Assembly: GCA_049363815.1 (NCBI GenBank)
Contig: JBMQEM010000023.1
Location: forward strand, 17,281-81,280
Reading direction: 5' to 3'
DNA length: 64,000 nucleotides
From: Bacteroidota bacterium
Lineage (GTDB): Bacteria; Bacteroidota; Bacteroidia; AKYH767-A; 2013-40CM-41-45
Part shown: one piece after another, positions 1-8,896 of the stretch
Layout: the number at the start of each line of letters is the position of its first letter
Position numbering within the stretch: the stretch's first letter is position 1
Made by a program: the position numbers and the translations under genes
Notes under the pieces: model-generated
What the model was told of the DNA's origin: nothing
What the model saw: the letters and a program-made list of their open reading frames with translations, nothing else
The model's database searches: none

Positions 1-1336
1 CAATCCTTTCGATTGAAGCATTGTTTACGTAATTGATAGAACTGTATTCAATCGCATGAGATTGTATTGCATATTCAGGATGGTAGAATCCTGAAGGCCC
101 CCCACTTACTGTATATGGAACCATATTATAGTCGACCGCCAATGTTCCGCCTGCAGTAATAAATGGTGTTGCATTATAGTCCTGAGGCTTTACATAAGAG
201 CCGGGACACCAGTTTGCCCTTTTCAGGAACCAGGTGCTTGTATAACCTGGAGCTCCTTGCGGGTATAAAGGATTAGAACCACATTCATCACGCCACAGTC
301 GCTGATCGAAATCAGTTCCTGCTATATTCAATGTATGTGTTACATCAAAAAATTCAGCAACATTCTGATTCGGGAATCCACCAAAACCATGTCCCGTTGT
401 AATCAGACGGATCTTCTCATAAATCGTATTTGAATCGACAGGAATAGTAATCACCGGTAAATGATTATCAATAGGATCAGCAGCATTCCCATATTGCCAA
501 GTACCATTCCATAGATTGGTAACCTTGAAGGCTTCCATTGGCGGTGTTCCTTCAATAAAATAAAATTCATTCGTCACCAGCCAGCCATTGCTATACCCGC
601 ATACATTCGATACAAAGGTTACACTATCTTTCAGAAGCGTTCTATAATCAGTTACGTCATACCAGAGATCAACGGCCATTCCATACGGTGTAATAGCTCT
701 TGCAATTTCAATTTGCTCCTTTACATTAAAGTTAACATAAAATGAATCATACTCGAGATAAAGTGTTACATCAGGATTAACAAAAACAGAGTCGGTTGCA
801 TTTCCCAGACTATCGAAAACATAGTTGTTGTAATAAACCGGCCATACAGTAACCTGATACGTTACCGTAGCAGGATTGAGCGAATCAGAATAAAAGCTGA
901 CAACGAATGTGGGGTTTTCAACTGAATCAATTGATGATGTTGCAGTATCGTAAGAATAAGAATAGGAAGGCAATGTCATATATTGAAGTGTATCAACGGT
1001 ATTGCCATCCACTGTAAAAGATGGAAATGCAGTCAATGTAGAATCAATTTCACCGGTTTCACGTTCTACCTTCAAGGTAGCGATCCGGTCATAAATATCA
1101 CATCCGAAGCCCGGACAACTCAATTGATATTTTAATAAAATTCTGTAATAAGAAAGCGAATCGGAAGGGAAAAGAAATGTTCCTTTACCTGTATTGCAAT
1201 TCTGATGCAGAAATCCTGAAAAACCATTCACAACTGTTGTATCACCGGTTGCAGCATTAGAAGATTCTGGCTTCAGCATGGTAGTCAGAACAATAACTGT
1301 CAGAATTATTGTTGTAATATGTTTTAATTGTTTCAT
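1..1336 (-). CDS. Secreted protein, N-terminal part only (gene continues past window start); PNGase F-like domain suspected
   Basis: Absent from the ORF track because it runs off the edge. The reverse frame is open from ATG at 1336-1334 (MKQLKHITTIILTVIVLTTML, signal peptide) to base 1. Motifs TTGHGFGG and RANWCPG recall peptide-N-glycosidase F-related proteins (from memory, not searched). Confidence 0.55.
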   Translation of the reverse strand, partial: MKQLKHITTIILTVIVLTTMLKPESSNAATGDTTVVNGFSGFLHQNCNTGKGTFLFPSDSLSYYRILLKYQLSCPGFGCDIYDRIATLKVERETGEIDSTLTAFPSFTVDGNTVDTLQYMTLPSYSYSYDTATSSIDSVENPTFVVSFYSDSLNPATVTYQVTVWPVYYNNYVFDSLGNATDSVFVNPDVTLYLEYDSFYVNFNVKEQIEIARAITPYGMAVDLWYDVTDYRTLLKDSVTFVSNVCGYSNGWLVTNEFYFIEGTPPMEAFKVTNLWNGTWQYGNAADPIDNHLPVITIPVDSNTIYEKIRLITTGHGFGGFPNQNVAEFFDVTHTLNIAGTDFDQRLWRDECGSNPLYPQGAPGYTSTWFLKRANWCPGSYVKPQDYNATPFITAGGTLAVDYNMVPYTVSGGPSGFYHPEYAIQSHAIEYSSINYVNNASIERI

Positions 1337-1385
1337 CTTTCTTTAAATTTACCGGGGATTCAAATGTAATAATATTCCTTAAAAT

Positions 1386-2051
1386 ATGTCATTTTATATT
1401 GCCATTATTCTCTTTATTGTCTCCGTCATAGCCGGGTTAATTATAAGTATAATCGGAAAAAACACTTCGAAAGAGAAATTTTTCCTTTATGCTGCCATTC
1501 ATGGAATGTTTCTGTTCGCCTTTATTGCTTCACTGATACTTCAGAAGGATCCCCATGCATTCAACTATTTCTTTCTGACATATATTTGCAGTGGATTGAT
1601 CTTATCCGGATTAGCATGGCGAAGTAATACAAATACAGTACTTAAGATCTATTTCAGTATTTTCATTATAACAATCGGAATGTTTATACTCTCTCCATCG
1701 CGACTGGTAAATTTTCTTCTAACAACAAAGTATAAGGATACACTCGGAGAATCATTCTCTGTAAAGGAAAATTTTTTCCTCGAAAGACAAAGTTCTTCTA
1801 TGAGTTCAGAGAACATGCCTTTGTATAAACTGATCCGGAAACGGGGTATCTTCCATTCAACCATTGCAAGAGACCTTAATTTTAACGGTCAAATTGATTC
1901 TATTAAGGTACTTGATTTTGACAAATCAGCCCAGAGTATCATCAGAGGGTATACTAGCAAATCAACTTATGTCAGCACTATTATCGATAGTTCCGACGTT
2001 TCTATTTCAATGAAGAAAAAAACGCAAGACGGTCTAGAATATAAACTATGA
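1386..2051 (+). CDS. Hypothetical integral membrane protein (about 4 TM helices)
   Basis: 221-aa ORF with a hydrophobic N-terminal half. Its stop overlaps the next start (ATGA). Confidence 0.6.
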   Translation: MSFYIAIILFIVSVIAGLIISIIGKNTSKEKFFLYAAIHGMFLFAFIASLILQKDPHAFNYFFLTYICSGLILSGLAWRSNTNTVLKIYFSIFIITIGMFILSPSRLVNFLLTTKYKDTLGESFSVKENFFLERQSSSMSSENMPLYKLIRKRGIFHSTIARDLNFNGQIDSIKVLDFDKSAQSIIRGYTSKSTYVSTIIDSSDVSISMKKKTQDGLEYKL

Positions 2052-2929
2052 AAAAAAATATTTTAACAGTAAGTGCAATTGTTCTATTCTCATTTGCCTA
2101 TAGTACTGCACAATTGCCGGATACAGACATCTTTCTTTTTAAAGCAAGAACAGCTGGAAAGAAACATTCGTTTGGTGAAGCAAAAAATATCACTAACCGT
2201 GTTGGCTACGATAACCAACCGTGCTTCTCACCTGATAGTAAGGAATTACTTTTTGTTTCTGTTGAAGACAGTGGACAATCAGAGATCTGGAAATACAACA
2301 TTACGGATAAAACAAAAACAAGGATAACTGACACCGAAGAAAGCGAGTACTCGCCTACTTTTATAAGAGGTGGCGAAAAGATCAGTACGGTGAGAGTTGA
2401 CAAAGACGGCGGACAGCGTTTTTATATATTAGATTATCCAATGACCACCCATTCTGAGCTTGTTAAAAATTCAGACAGTATCGGTTATTCCTGCTGGGTG
2501 AATGATTCCCTCATTACAATGTTTGTAGTAGAAGATACAAGTTCATTACAGGTACTTGATCTGAAAACCCAGCAAAGAACTTTTGTAACGACAAATCCGG
2601 GTCGGTGTATGAAGATCCATCCGAAAAACAAAGAACTTTACTTTATTGACAAAAATGATTCTGCTCATTGGTATCTTTCCACTTACAATTTCAAAAGCAA
2701 AAAAATAAAGAAGGTCATTGAGACTCTTCCCGGATCAGAAGATTTTGCTTTCTTCTCTGATGGAACATTGATCAGTGGATTTAAAAGTGGCGTGTTTGAA
2801 TTAAAAGGTAAATCCTGGGTTTCAATAGGAAAACCAATAGTATCAATGGATCATGATTTTTACCGGATTGCTATAAGTCCAGATGATCAGTATATTGCCG
2901 TAGTGTCTTTCAAAGGCAAGAAACCATGA
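2048..2929 (+). CDS. TolB-like / PD40 (WD40-like) beta-propeller repeat protein, secreted
   Basis: Signal peptide MKKNILTVSAIVLFSFAYSTA. PD40-type motifs YDNQPCFSPDSKELLFVS and ISPDDQYIAVVS. Confidence 0.7.
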   Translation: MKKNILTVSAIVLFSFAYSTAQLPDTDIFLFKARTAGKKHSFGEAKNITNRVGYDNQPCFSPDSKELLFVSVEDSGQSEIWKYNITDKTKTRITDTEESEYSPTFIRGGEKISTVRVDKDGGQRFYILDYPMTTHSELVKNSDSIGYSCWVNDSLITMFVVEDTSSLQVLDLKTQQRTFVTTNPGRCMKIHPKNKELYFIDKNDSAHWYLSTYNFKSKKIKKVIETLPGSEDFAFFSDGTLISGFKSGVFELKGKSWVSIGKPIVSMDHDFYRIAISPDDQYIAVVSFKGKKP

Positions 2930-3984
2930 TGTATGATTACCTGATCGTTGGACAGGGAATTGCGGGATCAACACTTGCTTATCTGCTAAGAAAAAAAGGC
3001 AAGAGTGTTTTTATTATTGATAAATATTCCTCAAACAGTTCTTCCCAGGTTGCTGCCGGTCTAGTCAATCCGATCACCGGAAGAAGGATCGTCAAAAGCT
3101 GGATGGCGGATACTGCACTACCCTATGCTTTTCAATTTTATTCTGATTATAAAACTGAAACCGGTGATGAGGTATTTCATAAAATGGATGCACTGGAAGT
3201 GACAGGAACGGTTCATGAGTTCAATGAATGGACAAGAAGAATGGAAGAACAAAACCTGAATCACTATTTCAGGGATGATGCTCCAAATGATCTATATCGG
3301 GGAAAGATCAGGGATTTTATAAAATTGGTGCGCATTACATCTTCCGGATGGATGGATATTCCGTTATTTGTAAGAGGGATCAGAAATTTATTTGAGAAAG
3401 AAAATAATTTCATAAATGAATTGTTTGATGAACAGGAACTAATAATTTCAGAAAATGATATTTCTTATCAGGATATAAAAGCGAAAAAAATTATTTTCTG
3501 TGAAGGATACCGGTGTCTGAAAAATAAATTCTGGAATTTCTTACCATTGATCCCTGCCAAGGGCGAAATTGTTGTGATCAAATGTCCGGAATTGCCTCAG
3601 GATTTTATTCTTCTTTCTGGAATGTTCATCGTCCCGATTGGAAATCAGGAATTCAGATGTGGTGCAACTTACGAGTGGAAATTTGAAGATGAATTACCAA
3701 CCGAAACCGGTAAATCAAAGCTTCTTGAAATGCTTAATGCAGTACTCAATGTAAATTTTGAAATAACAGAACATACATCCGGTGTACGACCAACTGTCAA
3801 AGACAGAAGGCCAATCATAGGCATGCATCCTGATTTTTCAAATGTTGGAATTTTTAATGGTCTCGGTACAAAAGGAGTTTCATTAGCGCCGTATTTCGCA
3901 AATCAATTTGTGGAGTATCTGGAGAATGATGGTTTATTGATGAGTGAAGTTGATGTGAGGAGGTTTTATCTGGGGAAAATTTAA
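2926..3984 (+). CDS. FAD-dependent oxidoreductase (DAO family)
   Basis: N-terminal Rossmann motif YDYLIVGQGIAGSTLAYLL. ATGA overlap with the upstream gene. Confidence 0.8.
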   Translation: MMYDYLIVGQGIAGSTLAYLLRKKGKSVFIIDKYSSNSSSQVAAGLVNPITGRRIVKSWMADTALPYAFQFYSDYKTETGDEVFHKMDALEVTGTVHEFNEWTRRMEEQNLNHYFRDDAPNDLYRGKIRDFIKLVRITSSGWMDIPLFVRGIRNLFEKENNFINELFDEQELIISENDISYQDIKAKKIIFCEGYRCLKNKFWNFLPLIPAKGEIVVIKCPELPQDFILLSGMFIVPIGNQEFRCGATYEWKFEDELPTETGKSKLLEMLNAVLNVNFEITEHTSGVRPTVKDRRPIIGMHPDFSNVGIFNGLGTKGVSLAPYFANQFVEYLENDGLLMSEVDVRRFYLGKI

Positions 3985-4010
3985 CACTAAGACCACTTAG
4001 TTTTTTATTT
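3981..4010 (+). terminator. Putative intrinsic terminator containing TTAACACTAAG
   Basis: ACTAAG acca CTTAGT stem-loop (3986-4001) followed by TTTTTTATTTTT. The stop codon is embedded in the motif. Confidence 0.5.
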
Positions 4011-4013
4011 TTC

Positions 4014-4955
4014 TTATAAATTACTAATTCTATTCTTCGCTTCGAGAAATTCCTGCCAAACTTCCTTCACAATCTCGCCCGCAGGAATTATTTTATGTAC
4101 TGCTGCTGCAACCTGCCCGATTTCCAATTCCCCTTCTTCCATATCTCCTTCAAACATTCCTTTCTTGGCACGGGCACGTCCCAGAATAAGTTTCAGTTCT
4201 TCAACACTTGCTCCTTTACCTTCTGCTTCTGCGATCTTATTAAAGAAATTATTCCGCATCATGCGCACAGGTGTAAGCTGTTTCAGCATTAACATGGTTG
4301 CTCCCTCTTCACTTTCGATCACTTTGTTTTTGAATGATGAATGTCCGGAAGATTCCAGTGAAGCTACAAACCGGGTTCCCATTTGAACTGCTTCTGCTCC
4401 TAATGCAAAACACGCAAGCATAGAACTTCCGGAAGCAATTCCACCGGCAGCGATCAATGGTAATTTTGTTGCTGCTCTGATGATCGGAATCAAAACTAAA
4501 GTTGTTGTTTCTTCCCTTCCATTATGTCCACCGGCTTCAAAACCTTCTGCAACAATTGCATCTACTCCGGCTTCCTCACATTTCAATGCAAACTTTTTAT
4601 TTGCGATCACATGAACAACCTTGATTCCATGTTCTTTTAATTTTGATGTCCATGTTTTTGGATTTCCTGCCGACGTAAATACGATAGGGACTTTCTCCGC
4701 TATTATGATCTCCATGATCTCTTCAATGTTCGGATAAAGCAACGGAACATTCACTCCGAATGGCTTCGAAGTTGCCTTTTTGCATTTCTGAATATGCTCT
4801 TTTAAAACATCCGGATACATCGATCCGGCACCGATCAATCCCAATCCGCCGGCATTACTCACCGCAGATGCCAGTTCCCAGCCACTGCACCAGATCATAC
4901 CAGCTTGAATTATAGGATATTCTATGCCGAAAAGTGAAGTGATTCTATTATTCAT
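4014..4955 (-). CDS. Nitronate monooxygenase / FabK-like NAD(P)H-dependent flavin oxidoreductase
   Basis: GIEYPIIQAGMIWCSGWELASAVSNAGGLG and GGIASG motifs typical of the NMO (2-nitropropane dioxygenase) family. Confidence 0.85.
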   Translation of the reverse strand: MNNRITSLFGIEYPIIQAGMIWCSGWELASAVSNAGGLGLIGAGSMYPDVLKEHIQKCKKATSKPFGVNVPLLYPNIEEIMEIIIAEKVPIVFTSAGNPKTWTSKLKEHGIKVVHVIANKKFALKCEEAGVDAIVAEGFEAGGHNGREETTTLVLIPIIRAATKLPLIAAGGIASGSSMLACFALGAEAVQMGTRFVASLESSGHSSFKNKVIESEEGATMLMLKQLTPVRMMRNNFFNKIAEAEGKGASVEELKLILGRARAKKGMFEGDMEEGELEIGQVAAAVHKIIPAGEIVKEVWQEFLEAKNRISNL

Positions 4956-5045
4956 ATTGTGGACAATTAAGCCTTATAAAGCGACTTAATATGCGCCAAA
5001 AATAATACTTTTACCGACCGGAATCAGCACAAACCAATTTAAGTT

Positions 5046-6038
5046 ATGAAAGCAATTATTCCTGTTGCAGGGATCGGTAGTAAACTCAGACCGCATACAC
5101 ACACTCAGCCGAAAGCGCTGGTGCCTGTTGCCGGTAAACCGATCCTGTCGCACATTGTCGACAAACTGGTATCTACAGGGGTTAATGATTTTATATTTAT
5201 CATCGGGTATCTGGGCGATAAGATCGAAGAATACATCAAGTCAAATTATCCTGCACTAAAAACAAGTTTTGTGCTTCAGGATCCCCGTGAGGGTACCGGA
5301 CAGGCAGTCTGGCTTTCTAAAGACCTGATCAATATGAATGAAGAACTGATCATTGCTTTAGGAGATACTATTTTTGATGTCGATCTCAAAGAAATTATTG
5401 AATCCAGCGGCTCTTTATTGGGTGTAAAAAAAGTTCTTGACCCCAGAAATTTTGGTGTTGCAGAATTGGACGAAGCCGGAATTATCAGACATGTAGTTGA
5501 AAAACCTCCGATTCCTAAATCCAATTTAGCGTTGGTAGGAATTTACAAGATCAAGGAAACAAAACAACTCTATGAAGCATTAGAGCACATGATCTCAAAG
5601 AACCAGCGGACGCAGGGAGAATTTCATCTGACGGACGCTATTATGCTGATGATCTCTGATGGTGTCATCTTTAAGACGTTTCCGGTTGAGAACTGGTATG
5701 ACTGCGGGGTAAAAGACAATCTTCTGGAGACAAATGCAATGTTACTGAAGAAAAATTGTAAACCGGTAAAAGCAGACAAATATCCAAATACTATTATTAT
5801 TCCACCGGTGAGTATTGCTGAATCTTGTCAGATCAGTAACAGCATCATCGGTCCCAATGTTTCTATAGGGGAAAACACAATTATCAATTACTCCATTCTG
5901 AAAGACTCCATTATTGGTTCCTATTCGGAACTTGAAAATGCAGTGCTTCATCATTCCGTGATCGGCAGTGATGCTTCATTACACGGCTTAAGTCAGTCAT
6001 TAAACCTTGGTGATAGTACGGAAATTGATTTTGGCTAA
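5046..6038 (+). CDS. Sugar-phosphate nucleotidyltransferase with C-terminal left-handed beta-helix
   Basis: N-terminus [31 protein letters not shown] (NTP-transferase signature). Hexapeptide-like C-terminus ([18 protein letters not shown]). Confidence 0.8.
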   Translation: MKAIIPVAGIGSKLRPHTHTQPKALVPVAGKPILSHIVDKLVSTGVNDFIFIIGYLGDKIEEYIKSNYPALKTSFVLQDPREGTGQAVWLSKDLINMNEELIIALGDTIFDVDLKEIIESSGSLLGVKKVLDPRNFGVAELDEAGIIRHVVEKPPIPKSNLALVGIYKIKETKQLYEALEHMISKNQRTQGEFHLTDAIMLMISDGVIFKTFPVENWYDCGVKDNLLETNAMLLKKNCKPVKADKYPNTIIIPPVSIAESCQISNSIIGPNVSIGENTIINYSILKDSIIGSYSELENAVLHHSVIGSDASLHGLSQSLNLGDSTEIDFG

Positions 6039-6076
6039 AAAATACAATCAATACAAAGAAAACAACCAACCATAAT

Positions 6077-7345
6077 ATGGAAAAAGATACAGAGATCTTC
6101 AGTCTCATCAATAAAGAAAAGAAACGTCAGCAACATGGAATTGAATTAATCGCCTCTGAAAATTTTGTAAGTAAGCAAGTAATGCAGGCAATGGGATCAT
6201 GCCTGACAAATAAATATGCAGAAGGCTACCCTGGTAAACGTTATTACGGAGGTTGCGAAGTTGTTGATCAGGTTGAACAAATTGCCATTGACCGTGCAAA
6301 GACCTTGTTCAATGCAGCCTGGGTCAATGTACAACCGCATTCAGGTGCGCAGGCAAATGCTGCAGTTATGCTTGGTGTGATCCAGCCGGGAGATACCATT
6401 TTAGGATTTGACCTTTCACATGGTGGTCACCTGACTCATGGTTCTTCAGTAAACTTTTCAGGTAAACTTTACCGACCTACCTTTTATGGTGTGCGTCAGG
6501 AAACCGGTCAGGTCGATTACGATGCTATGGAAGTCACTGCAAGGAAAGAAAAACCAAAACTTATTATTGCCGGTGCATCTTCGTATTCCCGTGACTGGGA
6601 TTTTGTTAGGATGCGTAAAATAGCAGACGAAGTTGGCTCTTTACTGATGGCCGACATTGCTCATCCAGCAGGTTTAATTGCACGTGGATTGTTGAATGAT
6701 CCTCTTCCGCACTGCCATATTGTTACGACGACAACTCACAAAACCTTGCGTGGTCCAAGAGGCGGAATGATCATGATGGGACAGGATTTTGAAAATCCAA
6801 TGGGTCATAAAACGCCAAAAGGTGAGATCAAAATGATGAGTGCTGTTTTAGATGGAGCGGTATTTCCGGGAACACAAGGCGGACCATTGGAACATGTGAT
6901 CGCTGCAAAAGCAGTTGCTTTCGGAGAAGATCTGACTGACGAATACTTCAAATACTGTGTTCAGATGGTGAAAAATGCAAAAGCCATGGCAAATGCCTTC
7001 ATTGCTTTAGGCTACAAGATCATCAGTAATGGAACAGATAATCATTCTATGCTGATTGACCTGAGAAGTAAAAATGTAACCGGCAAACTTGCGGAAAATA
7101 TTTTAGTGAAAGCAGACATAACTGTTAACAAGAATATGGTTCCGTTCGATGACAAATCACCTTTCATCACTTCAGGGATCCGTGTTGGTACTCCTGCAAT
7201 GACCACAAGAGGAATAAAGGAAAAAGACTGCGAAAAGATCGTCAAACTGATCGACGAAGTTCTGATGAATAACGACAATGAAACAAAAGTTGCCGCAGTT
7301 AAGAAAAAAGTGAATGCTATGATGGAGCGGTTTCCTCTTTATTAG
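6077..7345 (+). CDS. glyA: Serine hydroxymethyltransferase
   Basis: [19 protein letters not shown], and the PLP-lysine region [14 protein letters not shown]. Confidence 0.97.
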   Translation: MEKDTEIFSLINKEKKRQQHGIELIASENFVSKQVMQAMGSCLTNKYAEGYPGKRYYGGCEVVDQVEQIAIDRAKTLFNAAWVNVQPHSGAQANAAVMLGVIQPGDTILGFDLSHGGHLTHGSSVNFSGKLYRPTFYGVRQETGQVDYDAMEVTARKEKPKLIIAGASSYSRDWDFVRMRKIADEVGSLLMADIAHPAGLIARGLLNDPLPHCHIVTTTTHKTLRGPRGGMIMMGQDFENPMGHKTPKGEIKMMSAVLDGAVFPGTQGGPLEHVIAAKAVAFGEDLTDEYFKYCVQMVKNAKAMANAFIALGYKIISNGTDNHSMLIDLRSKNVTGKLAENILVKADITVNKNMVPFDDKSPFITSGIRVGTPAMTTRGIKEKDCEKIVKLIDEVLMNNDNETKVAAVKKKVNAMMERFPLY

Positions 7346-7440
7346 TTCAAAGTTCAAAGTTCAAAGTTGTCTTCGTAGTTTCCTCCGAAGCCAACTTTGA
7401 ACTTTGAACTTTGAACTTTGAACTTTGAACTTTGAACTCA
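7345..7440. repeat. Heptad-word hairpin element, copy 1: (GTTCAAA)x3 - core - (AACTTTG)x6.5
   Basis: Fills the whole gap between convergent glyA and hmgA. Arms are complementary over about 24 bp. The core is gtCTTCGtagtttcctcCGAAGcc. Confidence 0.9.
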
Positions 7441-7441
7441 T

Positions 7442-8599
7442 TTACTCAATCCAACTCCCATAATAGTCATCAGACATGATCGCAAGAGCTTGTTTGGTTA
7501 TTGAAAGTGGTCTGAAAGTATCGACCATTACTGCAAGTTCTTTTGTTTCTTTTTGTCCGATACTTTTTTCAACAGTTCCGGGATGCGGACCATGCGGAAT
7601 ACCGGCAGGATGTAATGTGATCATTCCGCGGGTAACTTTTTTCCTGCTCATAAAATCTCCATCAACGTAATAGAGTACCTCATCAGAATCAATGTTACTG
7701 TGATTGTATGGAGCAGGTATACTTAATGGATGATAATCATAAAGTCGCGGAACAAATGAACAGATCACAAAGTTGTTCGCCTCGAAGGTTTGATGGATCG
7801 GTGGCGGCAAATGTAATCTTCCGGTGATCGGTTCGAAATCGTGTATAGACAATATATACGGATATAAATTTCCATCCCATCCGATGGCATCAAATGGATG
7901 CGAAGCATAAACATAAGGATAAATAATTCCCTGCTTTTTGATCAGGATATTGAATTCCCCTTTCTGATCGATGGTTTCCAGCTTCTCAGGTTTACGGATA
8001 TCTCTTTCACAGAAAGGCGCATGCTCTTCTAACTGACCATAAGCATTTCTGTACCTCTTCGGAAACTCAATAGCTGTAAATGATTCAACGATAAATAAAC
8101 GGTTATTCTTATCATTAAAAATCATCTGATATACTGTTCCTCTTGGAACAACAATGTAATCACCATACTTAAAATCGAGATGGCCATAGATCGTTTTGAT
8201 GGTTCCACTACCTTCATGAATGAAGATCACTTCATCTGCATCTGCATTCTTGAAAAAATAATCTGTCATCGACGACTGTGGAGCAGCAAGCGTGACATGA
8301 ACATCAGAATTCACAAGTACAGGAATTCTGCTCTTCAGATAATCATCAACAGGTTTTATATTGAATCCCTCGAAGCTTTGATGTTTCAGGGATTTCTCAA
8401 ATGCAAGTTCAGGTGCAATTGAAAAAGGTTCACCGACCGATTTTATCAATGTTGGCGGATAACAGTGATAGATCAAAGAATATACATTAGAAAACCCATG
8501 TGTCGAAACCAGTTCTTCAGCATAAAGTTCCTGATCCGGTTTTCTGAATTGAATATGTCGCTTAGGAGGTAAACTTCCCAATTTGTGATATTGAGCCAT
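7442..8599 (-). CDS. hmgA: Homogentisate 1,2-dioxygenase
   Basis: 385-aa cupin-type protein. N-terminus MAQYHKLGSLPPKRHIQFR and C-terminal HPAGIPHGPHPG are typical of the short bacterial HmgA form. Confidence 0.88.
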   Translation of the reverse strand: MAQYHKLGSLPPKRHIQFRKPDQELYAEELVSTHGFSNVYSLIYHCYPPTLIKSVGEPFSIAPELAFEKSLKHQSFEGFNIKPVDDYLKSRIPVLVNSDVHVTLAAPQSSMTDYFFKNADADEVIFIHEGSGTIKTIYGHLDFKYGDYIVVPRGTVYQMIFNDKNNRLFIVESFTAIEFPKRYRNAYGQLEEHAPFCERDIRKPEKLETIDQKGEFNILIKKQGIIYPYVYASHPFDAIGWDGNLYPYILSIHDFEPITGRLHLPPPIHQTFEANNFVICSFVPRLYDYHPLSIPAPYNHSNIDSDEVLYYVDGDFMSRKKVTRGMITLHPAGIPHGPHPGTVEKSIGQKETKELAVMVDTFRPLSITKQALAIMSDDYYGSWIE

Positions 8600-8618
8600 A
8601 AAGTATTTTTTAACATGT

Positions 8619-8647
8619 CAAATTTAACCATTTCCATCCAAATCAAA
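8619..8647 (-). promoter_or_regulatory. Bacteroidota-type promoter candidate for hmgA
   Basis: The minus strand reads TTTG (8647-8644) and TAAATTTG (8626-8619), 20 nt upstream of the hmgA ATG. Confidence 0.45.
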
Positions 8648-8896
8648 CCTTAATTTTTGTCATGAATAATATGCTTTTCTGAAAATAAATGATGTAAATC
8701 ATGAAATTTTCAGGAATAATCAACTCAGCACCAATTTTAGAGTCATCAACTGCAAAATATTGAACGGCAAACGACGAACTTCTTACATCTGTAAGTGTTT
8801 GCGGGTATTCTAAAAACCAAGCCGTTTCAAATGCGATTAACTTGCTAAGCGGAAACCATGTATTGTGTCCGTACCATTTGATTAAATAATGAACAC

